64,000 nucleotides of DNA from a bacterium (GTDB lineage Bacteria; Patescibacteriota; Saccharimonadia; Saccharimonadales; SZUA-47). The number at the start of each line of letters is the position of its first letter. Within the stretch, counting starts at the first letter, position 1. The notes beneath the pieces were generated by a model, which was not told where the DNA came from, ran no database searches, and was given only the letters and a program-made list of their open reading frames with translations. Shown piece after piece: positions 24,382 to 33,609 of the stretch. The stretch is taken from the NCBI GenBank assembly GCA_030428125.1, contig JAUIBF010000002.1:79910-143909 (forward strand), read 5' to 3'. Position numbers and translations under genes: made by a program.

Positions 24382-24932
24382 AGTGGGCTGTCTTGCAGTC
24401 TAAGTAGCCAGGCAAACACATTAATTACAGGGTGCAGTATCAACCCTAAGAACAAAACAAACAAATAATTCGATAATGGCAAAGTGAAGAAGGGTAGTGA
24501 AATCAACATAGCGCCAATTATGTAGTCAGACTGATCAAAAAAGAACCAGTTATGACCAGGTTTTATCCCAACTTGTCTTTTAAAGAAACTTTTTACAGCA
24601 TCACCAACAATAGCTCCAAATCCTAAGACAGAACCTATATAAACTGCCTCAATTGAGCCGTAGTCAACAGGCAGAAGGTTAGTGCTTGGCCAGCTAAAAA
24701 GCTCGAATATAACTAATTGAAATACACCGATTAACGTACCCATCAGTACTCCTGCTAGTAGCCCTCGTACAGTTTTGTGGCTGCCTAAAATACGTTTGCC
24801 TCTAAATTTTTTATGAGCGTCGAGTGGTTGAGTAAATTTTTTCAGAACCGGAACATTATTGGCTAGAACGGGTGCTGTGTTAGCAAGTCCAGCAGGCAAA
24901 AAGAGCCAAATTAATGCTAGCAGTTCAGTCAT
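24378..24932 (-). CDS. CDP-archaeol synthase-like (CarS/DUF46) membrane cytidylyltransferase
   Basis: LPAGLANTAPVL...PLD...GKRILGSHKTVRGLLAGVLMG and GDAVKSFFKRQVGIKPG...FDQSDY match my recollection of the DUF46/CarS pattern. 4-nt overlap with the PHP gene. Confidence 0.75.
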   Translation of the reverse strand: MTELLALIWLFLPAGLANTAPVLANNVPVLKKFTQPLDAHKKFRGKRILGSHKTVRGLLAGVLMGTLIGVFQLVIFELFSWPSTNLLPVDYGSIEAVYIGSVLGFGAIVGDAVKSFFKRQVGIKPGHNWFFFDQSDYIIGAMLISLPFFTLPLSNYLFVLFLGLILHPVINVFAWLLRLQDSPL

Positions 24933-25582
24933 CTCTGTCCCCTTAGTGAGTTCTTAAACCTGTTGAATTTAGGTAGCGCTAAGGTCCAGAGTGGTGGTTT
25001 TCTGCTTACTAACTTTGCATTTTGTAGCATTGCTACCAAATTATTTACGGTTGGTAGCTCATCGACTATTGTGTAGGTCCTCCCTAAACCTGCTACTCCG
25101 TGTGCATCGCTGCTGGCTGCTTTTTCGCAGCCGTTTGTTTCGGCCCATTCAAGTGCTTGCTTACTAAAGTTTTGGAATACGGCTCTACCGTTACGAACCT
25201 CTACAATATCGATTTCATCGCGAAGTGCAAGCATTAGTTCGGCCTGCAAGCCTTTCCTAACGGTTTCAAAAGGATGAGGCACATACACCAAACCACCCTG
25301 ACTTTTAATAGCGTCAACTGTGTTTTGCGCATTCATCCCAGGTTTAACAGCCTTGCTTAAAAACAGCCCGATAATTTCACCTTGAGAGGTAGTAATTTCT
25401 TGGCCGACAATAATGTTTTCAGGACCTAGAGCTTTCTGTAACCCTAACGCAAAATCTATTCGATCATGATCTGTGATTGCTATGCAGTCTAGTACCTCAT
25501 TTTGCAAAACTTTAGCATACTGTTCGGGGGTAATTCCTCCGTCCCTGGAGGCCTCAGAGTGAGTATGCAAATCTATTTTCAC
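24929..25582 (-). CDS. PHP-domain metal-dependent phosphoesterase
   Basis: MKIDLHTHSEASRDG ... ITDHD ... PHP ... SDAHG, the PHP His/Asp motifs. Confidence 0.8.
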   Translation of the reverse strand: MKIDLHTHSEASRDGGITPEQYAKVLQNEVLDCIAITDHDRIDFALGLQKALGPENIIVGQEITTSQGEIIGLFLSKAVKPGMNAQNTVDAIKSQGGLVYVPHPFETVRKGLQAELMLALRDEIDIVEVRNGRAVFQNFSKQALEWAETNGCEKAASSDAHGVAGLGRTYTIVDELPTVNNLVAMLQNAKLVSRKPPLWTLALPKFNRFKNSLRGQR

Positions 25583-26229
25583 TTTTTGGATTTCTTCTTT
25601 AAGTTTTTTTGATCAATTGCGTAAAGTTCTTTAGTAACGACCAAAAATCGCAGGGCAACGGTAACCAAGTTTGCTGCAACGAGAAGTGGTATTAGTAGCT
25701 CCAAAATTCCAAATAACAAACCGACGATTATGATCACCATTCTTATTTCGTAGCTGGCAATTCCGACTGAGAAGATTCTGTTTAACTTTTGTGGGTCAGT
25801 TTTGCTTCCTGAAACTGCCATTTCACCTTTAGCTTTGGTGTAACTAACAAGAATTGAAGAGCCACAAAGTGCCACAATCATCCAAAGCATATCGCTTTCA
25901 AAATGCTTGAATCCGTAGACTGCTAGTGCGCTATATACAATAACTTCTTTGATTCGGTCACTGACCGCGTCAAAGAACATCCCAGAAAGGGTAGCAGAAT
26001 TTTGATACCTCGCTAGCGCACCGTCTAGAGCATCCATCAATCCAAAAACAGCTAACAATACAGCAGCTAGAACGGGTCTGCAAGACACCAAAGCCCAAGC
26101 CACAGGGATGTGCCCTAACAATGACAGAGTTGTAATATGAGCTGGTTTAATTTTGCCTTTTGTCCAATAGTCTAAAAATCCTGCGACGTGGTACATCGCT
26201 GATTTCACAAACGCCACGATTTTATCCAT
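25579..26229 (-). CDS. CDP-alcohol phosphatidyltransferase
   Basis: Signature DALDGALARYQNSATLSGMFFDAVSDRIKE (D-G-x2-A-R-x8-G-x3-D-x3-D). The ATG at 26229 has TATACT 7 nt upstream. The ORF-track start at 26334 is unlikely. Confidence 0.85.
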   Translation of the reverse strand: MDKIVAFVKSAMYHVAGFLDYWTKGKIKPAHITTLSLLGHIPVAWALVSCRPVLAAVLLAVFGLMDALDGALARYQNSATLSGMFFDAVSDRIKEVIVYSALAVYGFKHFESDMLWMIVALCGSSILVSYTKAKGEMAVSGSKTDPQKLNRIFSVGIASYEIRMVIIIVGLLFGILELLIPLLVAANLVTVALRFLVVTKELYAIDQKNLKKKSKK

Positions 26230-26289
26230 ATGTATTAGTATACGACGTCCTGTGCTAAAAACTAAAAGTCGGTGTATACTGTAACAGAT

Positions 26290-27969
26290 ATGAAAGACGA
26301 TGTTATCGAAGCAATTGCTGGTGTTTGCAAGCAATTATTTGATTCAGATGTAGCCATTGAAATCGAAAGACCGGATGAGCAGTTCGGTGATTGGGCTTGT
26401 AATGTGGCTATGCGACTCGCTAAACCTCTAGGTGAAAACCCAAGAAATATCGCACAAAGCGTCGCTGAGAAATTAAATGAATCTGAGATGTTTGAAAGTG
26501 TTGGTGTAGCAGGTCCAGGTTTTATTAACATGACCTTGGCAGATAATGTATTACTTGAATCTTTGGATGCCAAACAGGCTGAGCCATTAAACGGACTAAA
26601 GGTTTTAGTAGAATATTCCGACCCTAATCCATTCAAGCCACTTCACGCAGGACACTTATACACCACCTTAGTTGGAGATGTGATTGCTAGATTAGTCGAA
26701 AACGCTGGAGCAAAGACGATTAGGCTTAACTATGGGGGAGATGTCGGACTTCATGTAGCTAAAAGTATGTGGGCAATCGTAGAGTATCTTCAGGGTGAAT
26801 TGCCAGAAAAACTTAACGAAATCCCAGAAGACAGCAGGGCAGAATGGCTCGGCGAGCGTTATGTAGAGGGCAACAATGCCTACGAAGAAAACGAAACAGC
26901 TCGAGCAGAAATAGTTGAAACCAACAAGGCTATCTACAAGGTTCAAGCCGAATGCGACCGCGAAACAGGCTTTGCTAAAATTTACTGGACCTGTAGAGAA
27001 TGGAGCTACAGTTACTTCAAGGAACTTTATAATCAACTAGAAGTTCACGAGTTCGATCGATTTATACCAGAAAGCGAAGTAACACAAACTGGAATCGATA
27101 CTGTTCAAAAACAACTGCAAACAGGTGTTTATGAGCAAAGTGATGGTGCAGTGATATTCGACGGCGAAAAGTTCGGACTCCACAAGCGTGTATTTTTAAA
27201 CTCCGAAGGTTTGCCAACTTATGAGACCAAAGACGTGGGTTTGAGTCTTACCAAGTGGCGCGACTATAAATTTGATGAATCAGTTATCATCACCGCAAAC
27301 GAGCAAGCTCAATATATGGAAGTTGTCATTAAGTCTATAGAGCAGTTTGAGCCAGAACCTGCAGAGAAGACTCGGCACATAACGCACGGTGTTCTAAAGA
27401 TGTCAGGTGGAGTAAAGATGAGCTCCCGAAAAGGAAACGTGCTACTTGCAATGGACATGCTTGAAGCGGCACGTAAGGCCGGCATGCAAAGTGGTTCAGC
27501 TAAAGATGAGGCCACTGTGCTAGCAGCATTGAAGTATGCGATGGTTAAAAACCGCATCGGTGGAGACGTGGTTTACGACCCAGAAGAGTCCGTTGCAATG
27601 GAAGGAAACTCCGGGCCATATCTTCAGTATGCTCATGCAAGAGCTTGCTCGATTTTGGGTAAGGCAAAGAATGCACCAAACAATGAATTTCTAATGCATG
27701 ACTATAAGCTCAATGAGAGCGAAAGGTCTTTGGTTCGAATTCTGTCACAATTCAATGAAGTTATCGAGCAATCCACAGTCGAGCTAGCACCTCATCATAT
27801 ATGCACATATCTATTTGAACTAGCGCAGAACTTCAATAGGTTTTACGAAAAGAACAAAGTTATTGGAACCGAACAAGAGAGTCCAAGAATCTCACTCGTC
27901 GGGCATTACAAGGTAACGCTTGAAAAAGGACTAAGCCTACTAGGCATTACTGCTCCGGAATCTATGTAA
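26290..27969 (+). CDS. argS: Arginine--tRNA ligase
   Basis: About 560 aa. SDPNPFKPLHAGHL (HIGH region), an MSSRKG (KMSKS-like) motif and a DALR-type anticodon-binding C-terminus. Confidence 0.95.
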   Translation: MKDDVIEAIAGVCKQLFDSDVAIEIERPDEQFGDWACNVAMRLAKPLGENPRNIAQSVAEKLNESEMFESVGVAGPGFINMTLADNVLLESLDAKQAEPLNGLKVLVEYSDPNPFKPLHAGHLYTTLVGDVIARLVENAGAKTIRLNYGGDVGLHVAKSMWAIVEYLQGELPEKLNEIPEDSRAEWLGERYVEGNNAYEENETARAEIVETNKAIYKVQAECDRETGFAKIYWTCREWSYSYFKELYNQLEVHEFDRFIPESEVTQTGIDTVQKQLQTGVYEQSDGAVIFDGEKFGLHKRVFLNSEGLPTYETKDVGLSLTKWRDYKFDESVIITANEQAQYMEVVIKSIEQFEPEPAEKTRHITHGVLKMSGGVKMSSRKGNVLLAMDMLEAARKAGMQSGSAKDEATVLAALKYAMVKNRIGGDVVYDPEESVAMEGNSGPYLQYAHARACSILGKAKNAPNNEFLMHDYKLNESERSLVRILSQFNEVIEQSTVELAPHHICTYLFELAQNFNRFYEKNKVIGTEQESPRISLVGHYKVTLEKGLSLLGITAPESM

Positions 27970-28029
27970 TAAACACTTGTGCTTATCTAGTCAATCAGGC
28001 ACAATATATTGTAAATGGTGGAAATCTAA

Positions 28030-29565
28030 ATGAGCAAAAACGTATTACTTTTGTATCCAAATCAGCTTTTTGCTGTCGATACACTTCCAAAAGAAGTCGA
28101 TAGGATAGTGCTAGTCGAGGACCCAATGTTCTTTGGTACAGATGAAAATTACCAGCAGTATATGCATAAGCAGAAGTTAGTTTTGCACCGAGCAAGTATG
28201 CGTCGATACGTAGAAGAAGTGCTTTGGCCAGCAGGTTACGAAGTCGATTATGCTGAGTTCCGTCACTTTAAAAATTCTAGTGACATTGTTAACTTCGTTT
28301 CGCACACAGACCAAGTCTACTACTTTGATCTTGTCGATGATGTATTGCAGCGTCGTTTAGATTCAGCACTTAATTCTCTAACTAGCAAACCTCAATCAAC
28401 CCGGCTGGAATCACCCAACTTTTACCTGACACGTGATGAGCTAAAAGTTTTCTTTAGTGATAAGAAAAAGTCAGCATTTAGTAATTTCTACCTCTGGCAG
28501 CGTGAACGATTCAATATTTTGATGAACAAAGACACCTACAGGCCTTTAGGTGGTAAGCTCAGTTTTGAGGCGGAATCACATAAAAGGCTGCCCAAGACAA
28601 AAAAGCTTCCTTCGTTTCAAATTTATGGTTCTAATAAATTTGTTGATGAAGCTAAAAAATACGTTGAAGATAATTTCGGAGACAATCCAGGTGATGTTGA
28701 AGATTTTCCTTGGCCTACTAACCACCAGGAGGCAGATACTTGGTTTGCAGAATTCCTAAGTCATCGATTAGCAGATTTTGGTCCTTACGATGATGCTCTA
28801 GATGGGCAAGCTCCGTGGCTTTATCACAGCGCACTATCTACCTGTCTGAATATTGGCCTGCTCAATCCAATTGCCGTTGTTCAGCAAGCAGTTGATTACC
28901 ATGAAAAAAATCCAGTACCTATGGCAAGTATTGAAGGATTCGTTAGGCAAGTGGTAGGCTGGCGAGAGTACATGAGAGGTGTTTATATAAACAAACACGC
29001 TGAACTAAGAAGTTCTAATACGTTTGGTCATAATCGTCGATTGACAAACGATTGGTACTACGGAACAACAGGCATACCACCAGTGGACGACATCATTAAA
29101 AAACTTCACGATCGAGGATACGCCCATAACAACGAGCGTTTAATGGTTCTCGGAAACATAATGTTCCTATGCGATTTCCATCCAAACGAGGTGTATCGTT
29201 GGTTTATGGAAATGTTTGTCGACAGCTATGATTGGATAACTGCACCAAATGTTTACGGAATGAGCCAATGGTCAGATGGTGGTAGCTTAGTGTCAAAACC
29301 GTTCATAAGTTCTAGTAATTATATTCTTAAAATGAGTCACTATGAAAAAGGTGACTGGTGCGATGTTTGGGACGGATTATATTACAGATTTATTGATAAA
29401 AACCGCGAAAGATTTGCCAAGCATCCTCAAATGAAACTCGCTGTTCATCAGCTTGATAAAATGAGTGAACACAGAAGGAGAATCATTTCTTATAGAGCAG
29501 AAGATTTCCTGAAAGATAAAACTCAAAATTCAGTAAATTCTACAGCGCTAGCTAGTTCGCAGTAG
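28030..29565 (+). CDS. Cryptochrome/photolyase-family protein, COG3046/FeS-BCP ((6-4) photolyase-like) type
   Basis: The N-terminus LLLYPNQLF...RIVLVEDPMFF...HKQKLVLHRASMR and C-terminal GDWCDVWDGLYYRFI resemble my recollection of the PhrB/CryB-like family. Confidence 0.7.
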   Translation: MSKNVLLLYPNQLFAVDTLPKEVDRIVLVEDPMFFGTDENYQQYMHKQKLVLHRASMRRYVEEVLWPAGYEVDYAEFRHFKNSSDIVNFVSHTDQVYYFDLVDDVLQRRLDSALNSLTSKPQSTRLESPNFYLTRDELKVFFSDKKKSAFSNFYLWQRERFNILMNKDTYRPLGGKLSFEAESHKRLPKTKKLPSFQIYGSNKFVDEAKKYVEDNFGDNPGDVEDFPWPTNHQEADTWFAEFLSHRLADFGPYDDALDGQAPWLYHSALSTCLNIGLLNPIAVVQQAVDYHEKNPVPMASIEGFVRQVVGWREYMRGVYINKHAELRSSNTFGHNRRLTNDWYYGTTGIPPVDDIIKKLHDRGYAHNNERLMVLGNIMFLCDFHPNEVYRWFMEMFVDSYDWITAPNVYGMSQWSDGGSLVSKPFISSSNYILKMSHYEKGDWCDVWDGLYYRFIDKNRERFAKHPQMKLAVHQLDKMSEHRRRIISYRAEDFLKDKTQNSVNSTALASSQ

Positions 29566-29597
29566 GCGTATACTGTTGTTTATAAAAGGGGAAATTA

Positions 29598-30806
29598 ATG
29601 CTTAAAACTGCACAAGAAGCTATTGTTGAAGCTGGCAAAAGTCTAGGGCTAACGGACGATAAACTGGCAAGATTCTTAAAGCCACAACATGTTCTTAAAC
29701 ATACAATCGAACTTAATAGTGGTAAAAAATTAAAAGCATATAGAATTGAACACAATAATTCACGTGGTCCGTACAAAGGTGGAATCAGATTTCATCCTGA
29801 TGTAGATCTAGACGAAGTTCAGGCATTGGCCACTCTTATGAGTATAAAAACCGCGGTCGCCAATATACCAATGGGTGGGGGGAAAGGCGGGGTAGAGGTA
29901 AACCCCAGGGAACTCAGTGAATTAGAGCTAGAAGAAATTTCACGGAAGTTCGTTCAGGCATTCGTTGATAATTTAGGTCCTCAAAAAGATGTACCAGCCC
30001 CAGATGTTAATACAAATGCGCAGATTATGGACTGGATGGTAGACGAGTATAGCAAGTTGACGGGCGATAGAACGAAGGCCAGTTTTACCGGAAAGAGTCT
30101 TGAAAACGGAGGCAGTAAGGGACGAGAAGCAGCAACTGGCTACGGTGGGTATATGGTTCTAGATACAATTTTTAGTTCAAGCATGAAAGAATCTGGGCAG
30201 ATAAAATTAGCAGTACAAGGGTTTGGGAATGTTGGATCTAACTTTGCGATTAAAAGCTTAGAGAACCATCCGGAGTGGAAACTCGTTGCCGTTAGTGATT
30301 CCAGTGCAACTATTGTTAATGAGTCAGGTTTTGATGTTAATGAGTTGATAGAATATAAAAAAGCTAAAGGACGATTCAAGGATTATAAAACAGACGACGT
30401 TAAAGTCATAGCTACCGAAAAAATCATCGAAGAAGACGCTGATGTTTTAGTCCTGGCAGCGTTGGATGGGGCAGTCGATGAGTCTAATTATGAATCCGTT
30501 AAAGCAACAACAATCCTAGAACTAGCAAACGGACCAGTTACCGGAGAAGCAGAGAAAAAACTAACCGAAAAAAATATAAATGTGATTCCTGATGTGCTTG
30601 CTAACTCAGGTGGAGTTATAGTTAGCTACTTAGAGTGGAGGCAGAACCTATCAGGGGAGCAGTGGTCGCTAGACGAAGTTAATAATAAACTAAACAGTAT
30701 TATACGTAGTGCATCTGAGGGGGTTTTTAGCCTGTCTAAAAAACATAGTATTAGCTTGAAACAAGCAGCATTTCGTATAGCACTTGAAAGGTTAAATGTT
30801 GCTTAA
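29598..30806 (+). CDS. gdh: Glutamate dehydrogenase (Glu/Leu/Phe/Val dehydrogenase family)
   Basis: GPYKGGIRFHPDVDLDEVQALATLMSIKTAVANIPMGGGKGG and a GFGNVG dinucleotide fold. Confidence 0.92.
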   Translation: MLKTAQEAIVEAGKSLGLTDDKLARFLKPQHVLKHTIELNSGKKLKAYRIEHNNSRGPYKGGIRFHPDVDLDEVQALATLMSIKTAVANIPMGGGKGGVEVNPRELSELELEEISRKFVQAFVDNLGPQKDVPAPDVNTNAQIMDWMVDEYSKLTGDRTKASFTGKSLENGGSKGREAATGYGGYMVLDTIFSSSMKESGQIKLAVQGFGNVGSNFAIKSLENHPEWKLVAVSDSSATIVNESGFDVNELIEYKKAKGRFKDYKTDDVKVIATEKIIEEDADVLVLAALDGAVDESNYESVKATTILELANGPVTGEAEKKLTEKNINVIPDVLANSGGVIVSYLEWRQNLSGEQWSLDEVNNKLNSIIRSASEGVFSLSKKHSISLKQAAFRIALERLNVA

Positions 30807-30847
30807 AGCAAGCTCTAAAGAGTACATTAAGTTAAAGGAGGGTATTT

Positions 30848-31174
30848 ATGTCGTTTATAAAAGACTTTAGTAATTTTGTTAGGGAGCAAGGTGTTGTTGG
30901 GCTGGCTGTCGGTTTAGCTATTGGTTTACAGGCTAGTGGAGCAGTGTCAGCAATCGTGGATAACTTCATCGATCCATTAGTGGGTCTGCTGTTAAATGGA
31001 ACAGACTTATCAAGCATCTCTACTACTATCACAAGGGGAGGCGAAGAGTTGGTTTTTGGTTGGGGTACAATTCTAAATGCTTTGATCACTCTAGTAGCAA
31101 CAGCATTTGTAATATTCTTTGTAGTTGACAAATCAGGCCTGACGAAGCTAGACAAAAAGAAAGGGGACAAATAG
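30848..31174 (+). CDS. mscL: Large-conductance mechanosensitive channel
   Basis: 108 aa. FVREQGVVGLAVGLAIGLQASGAVSAIVDNFIDPLVG. AAGGAGG RBS. Confidence 0.9.
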   Translation: MSFIKDFSNFVREQGVVGLAVGLAIGLQASGAVSAIVDNFIDPLVGLLLNGTDLSSISTTITRGGEELVFGWGTILNALITLVATAFVIFFVVDKSGLTKLDKKKGDK

Positions 31175-31175
31175 A

Positions 31176-31568
31176 GTGCCCAAGCAGATTAACGAAAATC
31201 TATCAGATGACCAGAAGAGAGTGTTGCTAGAAAAGGGTACCGAAGCTCCAGGAACTGGTAAGTACCTAAGCCATAATGAAGACGGTACTTATTCATGTGC
31301 AAATTGCGGGGCAAAGCTATTTGAGAGTGATTCTAAATATGACTCCAAAACTCCTGGGCTGATTGGTTGGCCTAGTTTTGATAAGTCTATTGATGGAGCA
31401 GTTGAACAAATACCAGATAGTAGTTTAGGTATGGAAAGAACCGAGATAGTATGCACTAACTGTGAAGCTCATTTAGGTCATGTGTTCGATGCAGATGACG
31501 CACCAAGCGGCAAGCATTATTGCATAAATTCTGTGTGCTTGGACTTTACTAGCAAAGACAAAAACTAG
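31176..31568 (+). CDS. msrB: Peptide-methionine (R)-S-oxide reductase
   Basis: Two CxxC pairs (CANCG, CTNCE), GWPSF, HLGHVF and the catalytic YCINS. GTG start. Confidence 0.92.
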   Translation: MPKQINENLSDDQKRVLLEKGTEAPGTGKYLSHNEDGTYSCANCGAKLFESDSKYDSKTPGLIGWPSFDKSIDGAVEQIPDSSLGMERTEIVCTNCEAHLGHVFDADDAPSGKHYCINSVCLDFTSKDKN

Positions 31569-31623
31569 AAACTACTGGCAAAATACTTCATAATAGGGGG
31601 TGTAATCGGAGGAGCGAAGTCCT

Positions 31624-31998
31624 ATGTATACCGTGACTACCAAAGATAACATCTCCTTTATATTAGAAGGAACTGAACCGATACTCGCTTTTCGTGCAAA
31701 GATTTCTGTAGATAAAAAAGACATTGTTTCACTTAAATGGCATGAGAAATTTAATGATTGGCCAGATATGCAAGTCAGAATGCCAGGTAGCTATTTGCCG
31801 TCATGGATAATGGCCGGCAGCTATTGGAACGATGAAGGATGGGATTTTGTTTTAGCAAAGAAGCCAAAAGGGCTTACCCAAAGATTACTATTTGACGTGT
31901 TGGTTATCGAAACTACTAAAGACAAATACCGCAGAATAATATTGCGCATGGATAAAGATAAAGCAAAACCTATCTTGCAGTGGTGGAAAGAAAAGTAA
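31624..31998 (+). CDS. Hypothetical protein
   Basis: 124-aa ORF with a GGAGGAG RBS. No motif recognised. Confidence 0.5.
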   Translation: MYTVTTKDNISFILEGTEPILAFRAKISVDKKDIVSLKWHEKFNDWPDMQVRMPGSYLPSWIMAGSYWNDEGWDFVLAKKPKGLTQRLLFDVLVIETTKDKYRRIILRMDKDKAKPILQWWKEK

Positions 31999-32022
31999 AC
32001 ACTGTATACTGTGAATTAGAAT

Positions 32023-32583
32023 ATGGCGAAAGAAAAATTTATACCAAGCAAGTTTTTGTGGCTAGATTTAGAAATGACGGGATTAGTCCCTGAGAAAGAC
32101 GTTATCTTAGAAGTCGCTGCTGACATCACAGGTACAGATCTGGAAACTCTTGAGGGTTACGAGTCTTTAGTTAAACAAGAAAAAGATGTGGTCCTTGCTA
32201 GAATGCAGGAAAACCCTTGGTGGCAAGATTTCCCTGAAAATCGCGATGATTTTATTAAAGGTCTGGATAGTGCAAAACCTCTAGCAGAGGTTGAAAAAAA
32301 GTTAATTGAGCTAGTCGAGAAACATTTCGGTAACGAACCTGCAGTTTTAGCTGGAAACTCAATTCAGAGCGATAGAGCTTTTATAAAGCAATGGATGCCT
32401 GAACTAGAACTTAAACTTCATTACAGAATGCTGGATGTAACTTCTTGGAAGATGGTAATGGAGAGTATGTATAACGTTTCATTTGAAAAACCAGAAGTAC
32501 ACAGAGCATACGAGGATATCCAGGCAAGTATCGCCGAACTTCAATACTATTTAGAATGGTTTAAAAACAATGAAGAGTCATAA
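32023..32583 (+). CDS. orn: Oligoribonuclease (DEDDh 3-prime to 5-prime exonuclease)
   Basis: LWLDLEMTGL (Exo I), AGNSIQSDRAFI (Exo II) and HRAYEDI (Exo III). Confidence 0.85.
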   Translation: MAKEKFIPSKFLWLDLEMTGLVPEKDVILEVAADITGTDLETLEGYESLVKQEKDVVLARMQENPWWQDFPENRDDFIKGLDSAKPLAEVEKKLIELVEKHFGNEPAVLAGNSIQSDRAFIKQWMPELELKLHYRMLDVTSWKMVMESMYNVSFEKPEVHRAYEDIQASIAELQYYLEWFKNNEES

Positions 32584-32932
32584 AGAAGTAGAAGAATTCA
32601 TACTGTCTATGCCTAATGCAAAACTCGATTATCCTTTTGGAGAAGATGTGGCCGTCTATAAAGTTCCAGTTAGCAAGGAAGAAAAAATGTTTGCACTGAT
32701 GCCAGAGAAAACAACACCAGTTCGATTAAGTTTAAAGTGCGACCCTAAACTTGCAGCATTGCTTCGAGAAAAATACGAATCAGTATTAGAGGGTTATCAT
32801 TTGAACAAAAAACATTGGAACACAGTGCTTTTGACTGGGCAGCTAGAAGATCAAGAAATCAAAGATTTAATTGTTCACAGCTACAATTTAGTAACAGGTC
32901 TTCCTGGACACGTTCCTGAAATTACTCGGTAG
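32570..32932 (+). CDS. MmcQ/YjbR-family protein
   Basis: YPFGEDVAVYKV...KMFALM...LSLKCDP...YHLNKKHWNTV matches my recollection of the YjbR family pattern. Confidence 0.7.
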   Translation: MKSHKEVEEFILSMPNAKLDYPFGEDVAVYKVPVSKEEKMFALMPEKTTPVRLSLKCDPKLAALLREKYESVLEGYHLNKKHWNTVLLTGQLEDQEIKDLIVHSYNLVTGLPGHVPEITR

Positions 32933-33515
32933 CTACTTTACCATCGTAGACAATAATATTCGTTGCTGCTGTATTTAGAGTTTTTTCACGACCTGGGGTT
33001 GTAGTAGCGTTAATCGCACTATTTAATGCTGATTTATATGCTGTAGTTTCCTGTTCTATATATTTCAGTAAGGTCGTATCGTATTGGTCGGCAACTTTAG
33101 ACTCTTCAAGGGCTTTATCTACTGAGCCATCCCTATGTGCCCTTACTTTTAGGGGTTCTATTTCGTAGCCAATTTGTGTTAGGTAACTACGTATTTCTCT
33201 GTAGTCTGATTTCATGATGGAGTTTAAGGTTGCAATCTTGGTCTTTATCGTCTGGCTATCCGAGCCGCTGATACCTATCTCTGAAATTCTAGATATTTCT
33301 AATTGTCTGGCCATTAAATCAACCAGGTCATCGTTGTTTGTCTTACCTAGAGAACTGATTATATTGAAGCCGACAATAACAACAATTAGCACAACTGAAA
33401 CAAACAACACGGATACTATTATTTTGCTTTTAGAGTTTCGCAAGAAAGACGGTCCACCCGATTTTTTAGGGTTGTCCATTATAAAGTCGTATTGGTTTTG
33501 TTGTTGAGGTGGCAT
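32922..33515 (-). CDS. Membrane-anchored hypothetical protein
   Basis: ORF 32922..33569. The ATG at 33515 has TGtTAAAAT 7 nt upstream. There is a single N-terminal TM helix. Confidence 0.55.
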   Translation of the reverse strand: MPPQQQNQYDFIMDNPKKSGGPSFLRNSKSKIIVSVLFVSVVLIVVIVGFNIISSLGKTNNDDLVDLMARQLEISRISEIGISGSDSQTIKTKIATLNSIMKSDYREIRSYLTQIGYEIEPLKVRAHRDGSVDKALEESKVADQYDTTLLKYIEQETTAYKSALNSAINATTTPGREKTLNTAATNIIVYDGKVATE

Positions 33516-33609
33516 AAGCATTATTTTAACACTGATTAGAGTAAATACGCACATGCTTGCTAAGCTCAAACTTCTACTAGATACTAATAGACAAAGGATA
33601 TAATTTTAA

